DNA of 64,000 nucleotides from Candidatus Hadarchaeales archaeon (GCA_038851755.1 JAWCKR010000002.1:1-64000), one strand, 5' to 3'. Positions 18,846 through 27,280 are shown, counted from the first letter of the stretch. Numbers and translations are program-made. Notes: a model not told the origin generated them from the sequence alone.

Positions 18846-20161
18846 GGTGTTAGCCTCTTTCTGTCCCTTGGGAAAAGTACCACCTCCCTTATGTTGCTCA
18901 CCCCCGTTATGACCATGGTGAGCCTGTCCAGCCCCAGTCCCCATCCTGCGTGTGGGGGCATGCCGTACCTGAAGTTCTTCAGATGTGACTCGAAGCTTTC
19001 AGGTTTCAGGCCCTTTTCCCTCAATCTCTGGACGAGCAGTTCCTCCTGATGAATCCTCGTGCCTCCGGAGGCCAGCTCCACCTCTCCGTACATGAGGTCG
19101 AAGGCCTCGCAGATCTCTTTCCTGTCTTCCCGGGGCATGATGTAGAAGGGTTTGATGGAGGTGGGCCAATCGGTTATGAAGTAGGGACCCTTTATCAACT
19201 CCCCCAGTTTCCTTTCTGCGGGTGTGGACAGGTCCTCCCCCCACCTTAGCTTCAATCCGCTTTCCTCCAGCCTCCGCAGGGCTTCGTCGTAGGTGAGTCT
19301 GGGAAAGGGTTTACCGGGCACTTCCAGGGTCCTCTCTAAGGTTTGTAACTCCTTTCCACACCTTTCCTTTATGCCGGCGAAGATTTCGACCAGCATCTCC
19401 TCCAGTATTCCCATCACCTCTTCCTGGGAGACGAAGGCGGCTTCCAAGTCGATGGAGGTGGTTTCGTTGAGGTGGCGTGGCGTATCGTGTTCCTCCGCTC
19501 TGAAGATGGGACCTATCTCGAAAACCCTGTCGAAGCACCCTGTGAGCACCTCCTTGTAGAGCTGGGGGCTCTGGCTGAGGAAGGCCTCCCTCTCGAAGTA
19601 GGTCACCGGGAAGAGGGCGGCACCGCTCTCCGTGGCCGTAGCCACTATCTTCGGCGTTTGCACTTCTAGGAACCCTTTACCGGTCAGGAAGTCTCTCGTG
19701 ATTCTCACGATTTCGTGCTTTATCCTGAAGATGGCCAGCTGTCTGGGATGGCGGAGGTCCAGGAGTCGGGAATCGAGTCTTGTGTCGAGATTCGATTTGA
19801 TTTTTCCGGTGGGTTCTAGGGGAAGCGGGGAGAGGGCCGGGTTGAGGAGTCTCAGCTCGGAGGGCAAGACCTCCACTCCCCTGGGGGCCTGCCTGGCCCT
19901 GACTACCTTTCCCCTGACGGCCACGCAGGACTGAGGGGTCAGCTCGTTTATTCCGCCCAGGATCTCCCCGCTCACTTTTTCCCTGGGTGCTGTTATCTGA
20001 AGGGAACCCTCGCGATCGTGCAGTATGAAGAACTTCAGGCCCCCCAGGTCCCTGATGGTGCCCACGTACCCCATCACCACCACTTCCTTCCCCTCGAGTT
20101 CGGGAGTTACCTGGGAGGTGAAGTGCGTCCTTCTCCAGTCACCAAGTCTGGAAGTCTTCAT
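18842..20161 (-). CDS. aspS: Aspartyl-tRNA synthetase, archaeal type (probably non-discriminating)
   Basis: RRTHFT, RDLGG, LSQSPQLYK, FRAEEHDTPRHLNE, PPHAGWGLGLDR, FPRD; QAPRG has the Pro typical of non-discriminating enzymes. Confidence 0.95.
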   Translation of the reverse strand: MKTSRLGDWRRTHFTSQVTPELEGKEVVVMGYVGTIRDLGGLKFFILHDREGSLQITAPREKVSGEILGGINELTPQSCVAVRGKVVRARQAPRGVEVLPSELRLLNPALSPLPLEPTGKIKSNLDTRLDSRLLDLRHPRQLAIFRIKHEIVRITRDFLTGKGFLEVQTPKIVATATESGAALFPVTYFEREAFLSQSPQLYKEVLTGCFDRVFEIGPIFRAEEHDTPRHLNETTSIDLEAAFVSQEEVMGILEEMLVEIFAGIKERCGKELQTLERTLEVPGKPFPRLTYDEALRRLEESGLKLRWGEDLSTPAERKLGELIKGPYFITDWPTSIKPFYIMPREDRKEICEAFDLMYGEVELASGGTRIHQEELLVQRLREKGLKPESFESHLKNFRYGMPPHAGWGLGLDRLTMVITGVSNIREVVLFPRDRKRLTP

Positions 20162-20228
20162 GCAGACTTCTTTCACCCTATAGGGTAAAAAACCGAAGGA
20201 AAAAAAGAAAAAATCTCGGAAAAAGCCT

Positions 20229-20525
20229 TCAGCTCTTTCCGAGAACTATTTCGATGGTAGATACATTGATTTTTTCGCCGCCTTCTGTCTGGAGTTCTTC
20301 CGTGCCGATGGTTATGTTTTTGGGGACCAGTCCCTGTATGAAACGGTTCCTGAGGATTTCCGCCACATCCACGGCCCTGCTTATCGCCTTTCCCCTGGCT
20401 TTGAGTACCACTTCGTTGCCCCCTTGGTTGAACTGCGTGATGGCTGCCAGCACGTAGTTCATCACGGGTTTGGTCCCCACGAACACGGCGTTATCAGCGG
20501 CGCTTTTCTTTGGGTTTTCTGCCAT
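20229..20525 (-). CDS. albA: Chromatin protein Alba
   Basis: [36 protein letters not shown]. Confidence 0.97.
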   Translation of the reverse strand: MAENPKKSAADNAVFVGTKPVMNYVLAAITQFNQGGNEVVLKARGKAISRAVDVAEILRNRFIQGLVPKNITIGTEELQTEGGEKINVSTIEIVLGKS

Positions 20526-20564
20526 ATCATGCCTCCTGTTTTTTTAGATGGTCCTTTCCCCCCG

Positions 20565-20972
20565 TTAAATACTTTTCCCCTCCCTTCTCAGGGCTAGGAG
20601 CATCCTCCTCTGCAGGTTCTCCTGCACTTCTTGTGCAGTCTTCTTTCCCTTTCGCATGTCTAGGTAATCCGCCAGGTCTTCCAGCACCAGTTGCGCGATT
20701 TCCTCCTCCAGCAGCCCTAGGTAGAGGGCCAGTTCCAGCGTATAGAAAGCCCGCATCAGGCTTTCCTTCCCTCTCTTCCACCTTTTCCAGACCCCCGATC
20801 TCCCCATTCCCATTTTTTTGGCTATTCCCTCGAAGCTTCGAGCCCTTTCTGAGTAGTACAGGAGGAGAATTTGAAGGGTTTTTTCGTCAAATAAGGATTT
20901 TTTTAGGAGTATTTTTGCTAGGGGACTGTTTTTTACTTCTTTTATTCCGTAATCGCTTTTTTTCTTGGTCAT
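20565..20972 (-). CDS. Hypothetical helix-turn-helix protein
   Basis: SFEGIAKKMGMGRSGVWKRW HTH-like segment; AT-rich 5' half; directly upstream of alba. Confidence 0.65.
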   Translation of the reverse strand: MTKKKSDYGIKEVKNSPLAKILLKKSLFDEKTLQILLLYYSERARSFEGIAKKMGMGRSGVWKRWKRGKESLMRAFYTLELALYLGLLEEEIAQLVLEDLADYLDMRKGKKTAQEVQENLQRRMLLALRREGKSI

Positions 20973-21133
20973 TTTCCCCCTGAAAAAGATTCTTCCTTCC
21001 ACCTAATAATGTTTCCATTATGAGGAAACAAGCGCGCGTGAGGGAAAGAAGGATGGAGCTTTGGATGCGTACTGGGTGCCCTCTTTCCCCCGCAGATTCT
21101 TGCCCCAAGGGGATCCGGGCAAAGCTTTTTAAT

Positions 21134-21255
21134 GTAGGCCACAAGCCTACTCTTGTAGGAAAAAAGCCTACGCAGTAGGACGGGGGCCTACATGGCGTGG
21201 GAAAAAAGCCTACGAGGTGTAGGCTTTCGTCCCTCGGCGTAGGCCGGAGGCCATC
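21134..21255. repeat. Array of six 17-bp palindromic sites GTAGG-N7-CCTAC with 20-22-bp period
   Basis: Starts at 21134, 21155, 21175 (perfect), 21197 (GTGGG..CCTAC), 21219 (GTAGG..CCCTC) and 21239 (GTAGG..CCATC). The array lies between a TATA-like TTTTTAAT (21126-21133) and the GTG start at 21258. Confidence 0.9.
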
Positions 21256-21257
21256 AC

Positions 21258-21827
21258 GTGAAAATCGCCGGGTTCTTCCCCTCCGAGATGCGGGTGGAGA
21301 TGGTGCGGGAAATGGTGGAGAAGATGGGGATTCGCCCGGTTTCCAATTCTATAGGTGTGAACTCCAAGACCGTCTACAAGTACAAGCTAGGGGAGGCAGT
21401 CCCCAGAGATGAAACTCTTGTCAGGCTCCTCGAGGTTTTGAGAGAGAGGGACCCGGGCACTTTCTGGATGTACGTGGAGAAACTCCAGAAGGGGTTCGAA
21501 GAGGCTCTTTCTTCCTTGAGGGGTGGAGAAGAACCCAGAGCCCCTCAGGGAGAGACCCCACCCCCCCTCCTGGAGGAAGGTGCGGAGATTTCCAGGTTCG
21601 AGGTCTACGAGAGGCTGGGGATAGAGAACCCGTCCGAGCGTGTGAGGCTGGCCAGGATTCTCTCCTTCTTGGCCACATGTAACGAATTCAGGGAGGAGGA
21701 GCTGGAAGAGAGGGTGATGCTCCCTGCGGAGGAAGTGGAGGACTACCTCAAGAAGCTGGCGCAGCACGGAATTTTGGAGAGGGCTAAAAGCGGGATTTAT
21801 CGGGTGAAGATCAAATGCAGACTGTGA
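21258..21827 (+). CDS. Two-domain DNA-binding protein (N-terminal Xre-like HTH, C-terminal winged helix)
   Basis: IRPVSNSIGVNSKTVYKYKLGEAVPRDE; Pro-rich linker; EELEERVMLPAEEVEDYLKKLAQHGILERAKSGIYRV. Confidence 0.75.
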   Translation: MKIAGFFPSEMRVEMVREMVEKMGIRPVSNSIGVNSKTVYKYKLGEAVPRDETLVRLLEVLRERDPGTFWMYVEKLQKGFEEALSSLRGGEEPRAPQGETPPPLLEEGAEISRFEVYERLGIENPSERVRLARILSFLATCNEFREEELEERVMLPAEEVEDYLKKLAQHGILERAKSGIYRVKIKCRL

Positions 21828-22789
21828 GGGAAGAGCAGGCTGAGCTGAGAGGCTTCGGAATGGACTCCTTCGAGCGCAAGAAAGCCTCCTTCTTCAGGAG
21901 GTGGGGCTGGAGGTTTCTCCCGTTTGCACAGACGGACCCCCTCCCCCATCCCAAGCTCATGGTGCCGCACCAGAAGGAGGAAGTGGTGAAGCTGGTGGAC
22001 CTCATAAGGGAAGGAGACCTCGTGACTTTCGTGGTCTCAGATCTGGGGATGGGAAAAACCACTCTCTGCAAATACCTGTCGGAGGTTCTTCCCCTTCAGG
22101 ACCCACAGCTTCTAACGGTTTTCGTCCCGGCTCAGTCCGTTCAAACCCCGGAGCAGATGCTGCGCATCCTCCTGAACAGGCTGGAGATAGAGGCGGGAGG
22201 CGACCTCACCGAGGAGTTCGAGAAGTTCTACCGGTGGCATCAGGCCTATCCCGAATCCAAGTTGGTCGTTTTCGTGGACGAGTTCCCGGAGCTGGATGTG
22301 AAGGTGGCGGAGATGATAAGGGCGTTGGCAGACCTGAAGAACATCACTTGGGTTTTGAACGGGAGGAAGGACCAGATTCTGGACTATCTGCAGGAGCACG
22401 TGCCATCTCTCCTCAGCAGGAAGAGGTACATGATGGAGATGAAACCTCTTTCCCTGGAGGAGGTGCGCGAACTGCTCCTCCTCCGCATGGCTTGGGCGAG
22501 GGGGGAAGTCAACCCGAGGGGCGACTCCCTCCTTCCCTTCACCCCTTCCAGTCTCAGGAGGATCCACAGGCTTTCCGGGGGAATCCCCCGCGAGGTTCTC
22601 AAGCTGGCGAGCGATGCGGTTTACTCGGCCATAGAGAAAAACGCCACCAGGATTCAGGCTTCTCTCGTGGGGGAGAGGAAGAAAAGGAGTCCTAGGAAGA
22701 AAGCGAAGCGTAAGCCCAGGCCGAGGCGCAGGCGCGTCAGGAAGAGGAGGAAGAAGGCCAAGAGAAGGTTCAGCTTTTTTGGGAGGTAG
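21815..22789 (+). CDS. ExeA/AAA_22-like AAA+ ATPase with a very basic C-terminal tail
   Basis: Walker A SDLGMGKTT, Walker B VVFVDE, lid IHRLSGGIPREV; tail RKKRSPRKKAKRKPRPRRRRVRKRRKKAKRRFSFFGR. Confidence 0.85.
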   Translation: MQTVREEQAELRGFGMDSFERKKASFFRRWGWRFLPFAQTDPLPHPKLMVPHQKEEVVKLVDLIREGDLVTFVVSDLGMGKTTLCKYLSEVLPLQDPQLLTVFVPAQSVQTPEQMLRILLNRLEIEAGGDLTEEFEKFYRWHQAYPESKLVVFVDEFPELDVKVAEMIRALADLKNITWVLNGRKDQILDYLQEHVPSLLSRKRYMMEMKPLSLEEVRELLLLRMAWARGEVNPRGDSLLPFTPSSLRRIHRLSGGIPREVLKLASDAVYSAIEKNATRIQASLVGERKKRSPRKKAKRKPRPRRRRVRKRRKKAKRRFSFFGR

Positions 22790-22819
22790 CTATAAACCCA
22801 CTCCTTTCCTTCTCTTCTG

Positions 22820-23503
22820 ATGGTGCCCAAATTCGACTTTCACGTTCACACGGTTTACTCCGATGGTTCCACGCCCCTCGAGCTGGTTCTGGAGGAGGCC
22901 CAGAGCAGGGGACTGGAAGCGGTTGCCGTGACCGACCACGGTCCTGGCTTAAGCGTGGGGGCTGAGGCTCCGAAGTTTTTGCGGCTCTCCGAGGAGGTGC
23001 GGAAGATGCGGGAGGAGAATGGCTTCAAGATCCTTGCCGGTGTGGAAAGCAACATAACCCCCGTGGGGGCTCTGGATTTGGGTAAAGAAGTGCTGGTGAA
23101 GCTGGACCTGGTAACGGCCGGAGTGCATTACCTGGACTCCAAGGACTGCAAGGCTCAGGCCGGAGAATATCTCAGGGCGGTGAGGAGAGCCCTCTGTTCC
23201 CGCTCCTTTAAGGTTCTGGTGCATCCCCTTTACTACAACAAGTCCCTCCTTCCCTGGATTCCGCGGGAGGAGATGGAGGAGTTCGTGGAAGAGCTGGCGG
23301 AAGCGGGAGTGGCAGTGGAACTCAACTCCAAGTACCGAGCTCCGGATAAGGAATTTCTCCAAGAGTGCCTCAGGAGGGGGGTGAAGTTGAGCATAGGGAC
23401 AGACGCTCACCATGCAAAGGAGATAGGAATGGTGGACTGGCAGCTTTCCCTGCTGAGGCGTCTGGGGGCGAGAAGGGAGGATTTGATCTTGGACTCCCTC
23501 TGA
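22820..23503 (+). CDS. PHP-domain phosphoesterase
   Basis: DFHVHTVYSDG, VTDH, GVESN, ELNSKY, GTDAH. Confidence 0.9.
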   Translation: MVPKFDFHVHTVYSDGSTPLELVLEEAQSRGLEAVAVTDHGPGLSVGAEAPKFLRLSEEVRKMREENGFKILAGVESNITPVGALDLGKEVLVKLDLVTAGVHYLDSKDCKAQAGEYLRAVRRALCSRSFKVLVHPLYYNKSLLPWIPREEMEEFVEELAEAGVAVELNSKYRAPDKEFLQECLRRGVKLSIGTDAHHAKEIGMVDWQLSLLRRLGARREDLILDSL

Positions 23504-23506
23504 GGT

Positions 23507-24112
23507 TTATTCACCTATTTTGCGTTCCTCCACTCTTCCCCCTGGCTCAACCTCGGAAAAGATTTGGGCCGTGAACTTGCTTATCTTCACATCCCTCCTG
23601 AGCCAGCAATCGGCACCCAGACCCGCTTTCATGCAGGTCTGGGAAAGGAATTCCTCGGAGTCCCAGTTCCACTCCACCGCCACCTGGGGCAGGAGGAGGC
23701 CTGAGAAGCCCCTCCACTCCACGATCAGCCCATCCCTGCCCACCTTCACGTGAGAGGGGTACTCGCGCGGGCTTTTCACCACTATGGGTTCTGGAGGGCT
23801 CAAGACACTGATTTCGATGCAGACCTCTTTCATCTCCTCCATTTCCAGCGGTGGGAACCTGGGATCGGAAGTGGCGGAGGAAATGGCGGCCTTGATGGTG
23901 GCCTCTGCGAGGGGGAAGGTGGGAAAGGGAAAGCCTATGCATCCCCTCAGTTCCCCCTGTTTCGTGAGGGTAACAAAAACCCCTCTGGGCTTCTTCAGTT
24001 CCTCCGGTGCTTCGCTCTCTTCCAGGACCTCCCCCTTCGACAGGTATTGCCTTATGCTCCTCCTGGCAAGCTTCACCAGAAAGGTGCCTTCCTCCAGCGT
24101 GAGGGGTCTCAG
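23507..24112 (-). CDS. AMMECR1-domain protein; probable CTG start
   Basis: GVFVTL, LRGCIG, DPRFPP, GLLLPQV. The family N-terminus (LTLEEGTFLVKLAR) extends in frame to a CTG at 24112 that sits 4 nt after GGAGGTGA. Confidence 0.9.
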   Translation of the reverse strand: MRPLTLEEGTFLVKLARRSIRQYLSKGEVLEESEAPEELKKPRGVFVTLTKQGELRGCIGFPFPTFPLAEATIKAAISSATSDPRFPPLEMEEMKEVCIEISVLSPPEPIVVKSPREYPSHVKVGRDGLIVEWRGFSGLLLPQVAVEWNWDSEEFLSQTCMKAGLGADCWLRRDVKISKFTAQIFSEVEPGGRVEERKIGE

Positions 24113-24116
24113 GGTT

Positions 24117-24596
24117 TCACCTCCGGATTTCCTCCGCGGTCTTCAGGATGTTTTCCCAGTGCTTGCCTCTCCAGTATATCTTGCCACATCCGGAGCAGAC
24201 CCAGAAGGTTTTCTTGCCCCTTCTAACGCCTGCAGGCAAAACATCCTCCACTTCTTCCGCTTTTTTCTTCCTCAGGGTGCCATTGCACACAGGACACCTG
24301 GATTTTTCTTGATTTATCTCTATCCTGCTGCCACACTCGGAGGAAATCTCGCGGAGCAGGGAAGGGATGGTAGTCCCTCTCAGGAGCACGGCTCTGACTC
24401 CCTCCTTGCAGGCCCTGCGGTAAAGCTCCACATCTTTGGTAAGCAAAATCCGGCGTTCGGTTCTCGCCCTCCTCACCAGATAAGGATCCTGTTCTCCTGC
24501 CGGGACCTTCAGTTCTCCCACGTACACCACGTCCTGACCGGCCAGGCGTAGCCATCTCGTCAGCTTCCCCAGCATCCCGTCAGCCAAGAACCTCAT
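24117..24596 (-). CDS. Mut7-C RNase domain protein (PIN-like plus Zn ribbon)
   Basis: FLADGMLGKLTRWLRLAGQD, RILLTKD, RCPVCNG, CSGCGKIYWRGKH. Confidence 0.92.
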   Translation of the reverse strand: MRFLADGMLGKLTRWLRLAGQDVVYVGELKVPAGEQDPYLVRRARTERRILLTKDVELYRRACKEGVRAVLLRGTTIPSLLREISSECGSRIEINQEKSRCPVCNGTLRKKKAEEVEDVLPAGVRRGKKTFWVCSGCGKIYWRGKHWENILKTAEEIRR

Positions 24597-24678
24597 TCAC
24601 TCCCTTGTCCCCCCTTCGTGATGGTGTGGGGAGGATTTGATTTTTTCCTTAATAAAAGGCTCCCGAGAAAGGGAGCAG

Positions 24679-25887
24679 GTGGAGCACTACGATGTGGTGG
24701 TAATCGGGGCAGGCCCGGCGGGTTGCTCCGCGGCCAGAAAAGCGGCGGAGGAGGGCGGCAAGGTTCTCCTCCTTGAGCTTCAGCCCCAGATAGGGGGCCC
24801 CACGAAATCGGCCGCCTGGGTGCCGGAGAATTTCTTGGGGCACGAGTTCAGAATGGCGGAAGTTTCAGAGGTGGGTTCCCTGAACCTCCACGCTGTGGGG
24901 GAAGAGCTGGTTCTCCCCGCTGGGGGGAAGGTGATTAACAGGCAGGTTCTGGAGAAGCTTCTGGCGGCGAAGGCGGCGGAGGCCGGAGCCGAGGTCTGGT
25001 TGGGGAGTCCTGTGAGGGAACTCCTGATGGAGGGCGGGAAGGTGAGGGGAGTGCTGGTGGAGAGTGGTGGATGGAAGGAAAAGGTGGAGAGCGAGGTGGT
25101 GATAGACGCCAGCGGGAGCGGGTGGGAACTCTCCGGAATCTTTCGCCGCCGCTTCAGGGAATGGAAAAAGGAAGAGATGATGTTTTTCAGCGAGTACACG
25201 ATGGCCAATGCTCTTCCCCGGAAGGAGGTGGAGATATGGTTTACCTCTTATTTTGCGCCCGGGGGGAAGGTTTGGATTTATCCGCTGGGAGACGGGTTCG
25301 CCCAGTTTGGCATAAGCGGGCTGCGCCTCCATCCAGAGGCCGCACTCGATGAGTTCCTGGGGGTGGAGAATCCCAGGAGGCTGGAGCGTTCGGTTCCCGT
25401 GGCCTCTTCCAGGGGACAGTTCCCCATAGGGGACCCCCTCCTCCCCTCGTGCGGTGATGGCGTGCTTTCGGTGGGTGGGGCTGCCTCCCAGACGAGGATT
25501 TTCTCCAGCGGGCTGTCCCTTGCCCTGGAGTGCGGGGAGATGGCGGGAGAGGCGGCGGTGGACGGGATAACGGAAGGGGACACCAGCAGGGAGGGGCTCC
25601 TGTCCTACGAGAGGAGGTGGAAGGAAAAGTTCTTGGGTGAGCTGAGGGCGGAGAGGACCTTCCACCGGTCCCTCTCCGTGGCCTGGGACAGGAAGCTCAG
25701 GGAGCTGTTTGGGCTTGCCAGGGAGGATGCGGAACTTCAGCGCTCCCTGCTCTGTCTGATGCAGGGGAAGGAGGTGGGGAAGGCCCTGATGGGAATGGTG
25801 GAGAAGGACGGGGTAAGGGAAATCCTTGGTGAGGAGGAGGCCGGGCGCGTGAAGGCCTTCCTACGGGGTGAGGGGGTGGAGGAGTGA
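24679..25887 (+). CDS. Geranylgeranyl-reductase-family FAD oxidoreductase (divergent)
   Basis: YDVVVIGAGPAG, VIDASG, APGGKVWIYP; the GDAA motif reads GGAA. Confidence 0.75.
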   Translation: MEHYDVVVIGAGPAGCSAARKAAEEGGKVLLLELQPQIGGPTKSAAWVPENFLGHEFRMAEVSEVGSLNLHAVGEELVLPAGGKVINRQVLEKLLAAKAAEAGAEVWLGSPVRELLMEGGKVRGVLVESGGWKEKVESEVVIDASGSGWELSGIFRRRFREWKKEEMMFFSEYTMANALPRKEVEIWFTSYFAPGGKVWIYPLGDGFAQFGISGLRLHPEAALDEFLGVENPRRLERSVPVASSRGQFPIGDPLLPSCGDGVLSVGGAASQTRIFSSGLSLALECGEMAGEAAVDGITEGDTSREGLLSYERRWKEKFLGELRAERTFHRSLSVAWDRKLRELFGLAREDAELQRSLLCLMQGKEVGKALMGMVEKDGVREILGEEEAGRVKAFLRGEGVEE

Positions 25888-26756
25888 AATGTCCCTCCTG
25901 TGGGAGCCTCAGGGTGGTGGAGGACGCCACCAGGGGAGAGAGGATTTGCACTTCCTGCGGTCTCGTGCTGATGGAACACCTGGTACATCAGAGTTTACCC
26001 TACTCCGAAGGCGAGGAGCCCACCGGCTTTTCGGAGCTGGACGTGGCCCTTCACGATCTCGGTTTGGGCACCACCTTCAGGGTGGGAAGGGATCTCCCTC
26101 CCAGCGAGAGGGCCAGGCTGAGGAGGATGCGCTTTCTCCACGAGCGCTCCAGGGCCGTGAAGTGGCACGAAAGGAGCCTGAGGGAGGCCCTCATCCAGGT
26201 GGAAAGGGTGTGCGAGGACCTCTCCCTTCCTGGGGAGATCAGGAGAGAAATGAGCCAGCTTTACCGCAGATGCAGGAAGGAGGGCCTCACCAAGGGGCAG
26301 AGGACGGGTCTCCTCTCGGCTTCCCTGGCCTTCGTGGTGTGCAGGCTCCGCGGTTTGCCCAGGACGGAGAGGGAGGTGGTGAGGGTCTTGGTGGAAAGAG
26401 AGGGAATGGGGGAGGGAGAAGCGCTGAGGGGCCTGAGGAGGGTGACGAAGATGTTGATGCGCAGGCTGAACCTCAAGCTTCCGCCCTCTTCACCCAGGCT
26501 TTACGTGGACAGGTTCGCTTCCCAGCTCCACCTGCCTGCGGAGGTGGTGAGGAAAGCCCATGAACTCTGTGCCGGGCTTGAAAGGAGCGGAAAGCCGGCG
26601 AACCTGGTGGCCGCCGCCCTCCTTTACAACGCCGCCAGGGAGATGGGGGTAAAGCTCACCCTCAGAGAGGTCGCCAGGGAAGTGGGGGTGGGAGTTTCCA
26701 GTCTGTGCAGGCTCTCGCTTCAGGGCAGGGAACCCAAGAGGTCGCAGGGAGGGTGA
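25884..26756 (+). CDS. tfb: Transcription initiation factor B paralog
   Basis: CPSCGS..GERICTSCG Zn ribbon, HDLGLGT, two cyclin repeats (PRTERE, YVDRFASQL, SGKPANLVAAALL). Confidence 0.85.
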   Translation: MKCPSCGSLRVVEDATRGERICTSCGLVLMEHLVHQSLPYSEGEEPTGFSELDVALHDLGLGTTFRVGRDLPPSERARLRRMRFLHERSRAVKWHERSLREALIQVERVCEDLSLPGEIRREMSQLYRRCRKEGLTKGQRTGLLSASLAFVVCRLRGLPRTEREVVRVLVEREGMGEGEALRGLRRVTKMLMRRLNLKLPPSSPRLYVDRFASQLHLPAEVVRKAHELCAGLERSGKPANLVAAALLYNAAREMGVKLTLREVAREVGVGVSSLCRLSLQGREPKRSQGG

Positions 26757-27276
26757 TCTTGCCCCCCTTCTCCCCCACCTCCACGGTTTTACCCTTCAGG
26801 TGGAGGAGACCCGTGAGGGCAGAGACGCAGGCATCCAACTCATGAACTCCCATTCCCCCCCTAACCACCCATCCCTTTCTCGCCAGGAGCCTGGCCCATT
26901 CCTCCCTGCACGGAGTGCCGAAGAGGATGCGTCCGGAGGTTCTGGGGTGGACTTCGATTACTTCTATTCCCCTCCTCCCGAGTTCATGTTTCAGGGAGAT
27001 TCCCCGGAGGGTGAGGCTTCGCATCCCCGAGAAGGTGGGAGGAAAGACCCTGAATCCCATCCGGATGAGGAGGAGGTCGGAAGGACGGAGGGAACCGCGG
27101 TCGGGAAGGGAGAGTGGTGCGTCCACGGCCAGCAGTTTCACCCTTTCCCACTTGCACAGTTCTTCTATTTCCTGATCTTCATACACCAGCGAAGTGCGCA
27201 GGGTGTGTCCCCTGAGGAGCGCCACTCCGCTGGGGTTTTTGGGCACTCCGGCCAGGTCCAGACCCATCACCACCAC
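26662..27276 (-). CDS. DUF429-like predicted RNase-H-fold nuclease
   Basis: GLDLAG, VDAPLSLP, MRSLTLRG, IEVHP, HELDA. Confidence 0.8.
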   Translation of the reverse strand: MVVMGLDLAGVPKNPSGVALLRGHTLRTSLVYEDQEIEELCKWERVKLLAVDAPLSLPDRGSLRPSDLLLIRMGFRVFPPTFSGMRSLTLRGISLKHELGRRGIEVIEVHPRTSGRILFGTPCREEWARLLARKGWVVRGGMGVHELDACVSALTGLLHLKGKTVEVGEKGGKITLPATSWVPCPEARACTDWKLPPPLPWRPL

Positions 27277-27280
27277 CTTC

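Noticed and set aside
21134-21255. CRISPR array or ORB origin boxes
   Set aside because: Units are 17-bp palindromes separated by only 3-5 bp, with no 30-40-bp spacers or cas genes; there is no ORB-like consensus with G-string and no orc1/cdc6 nearby.
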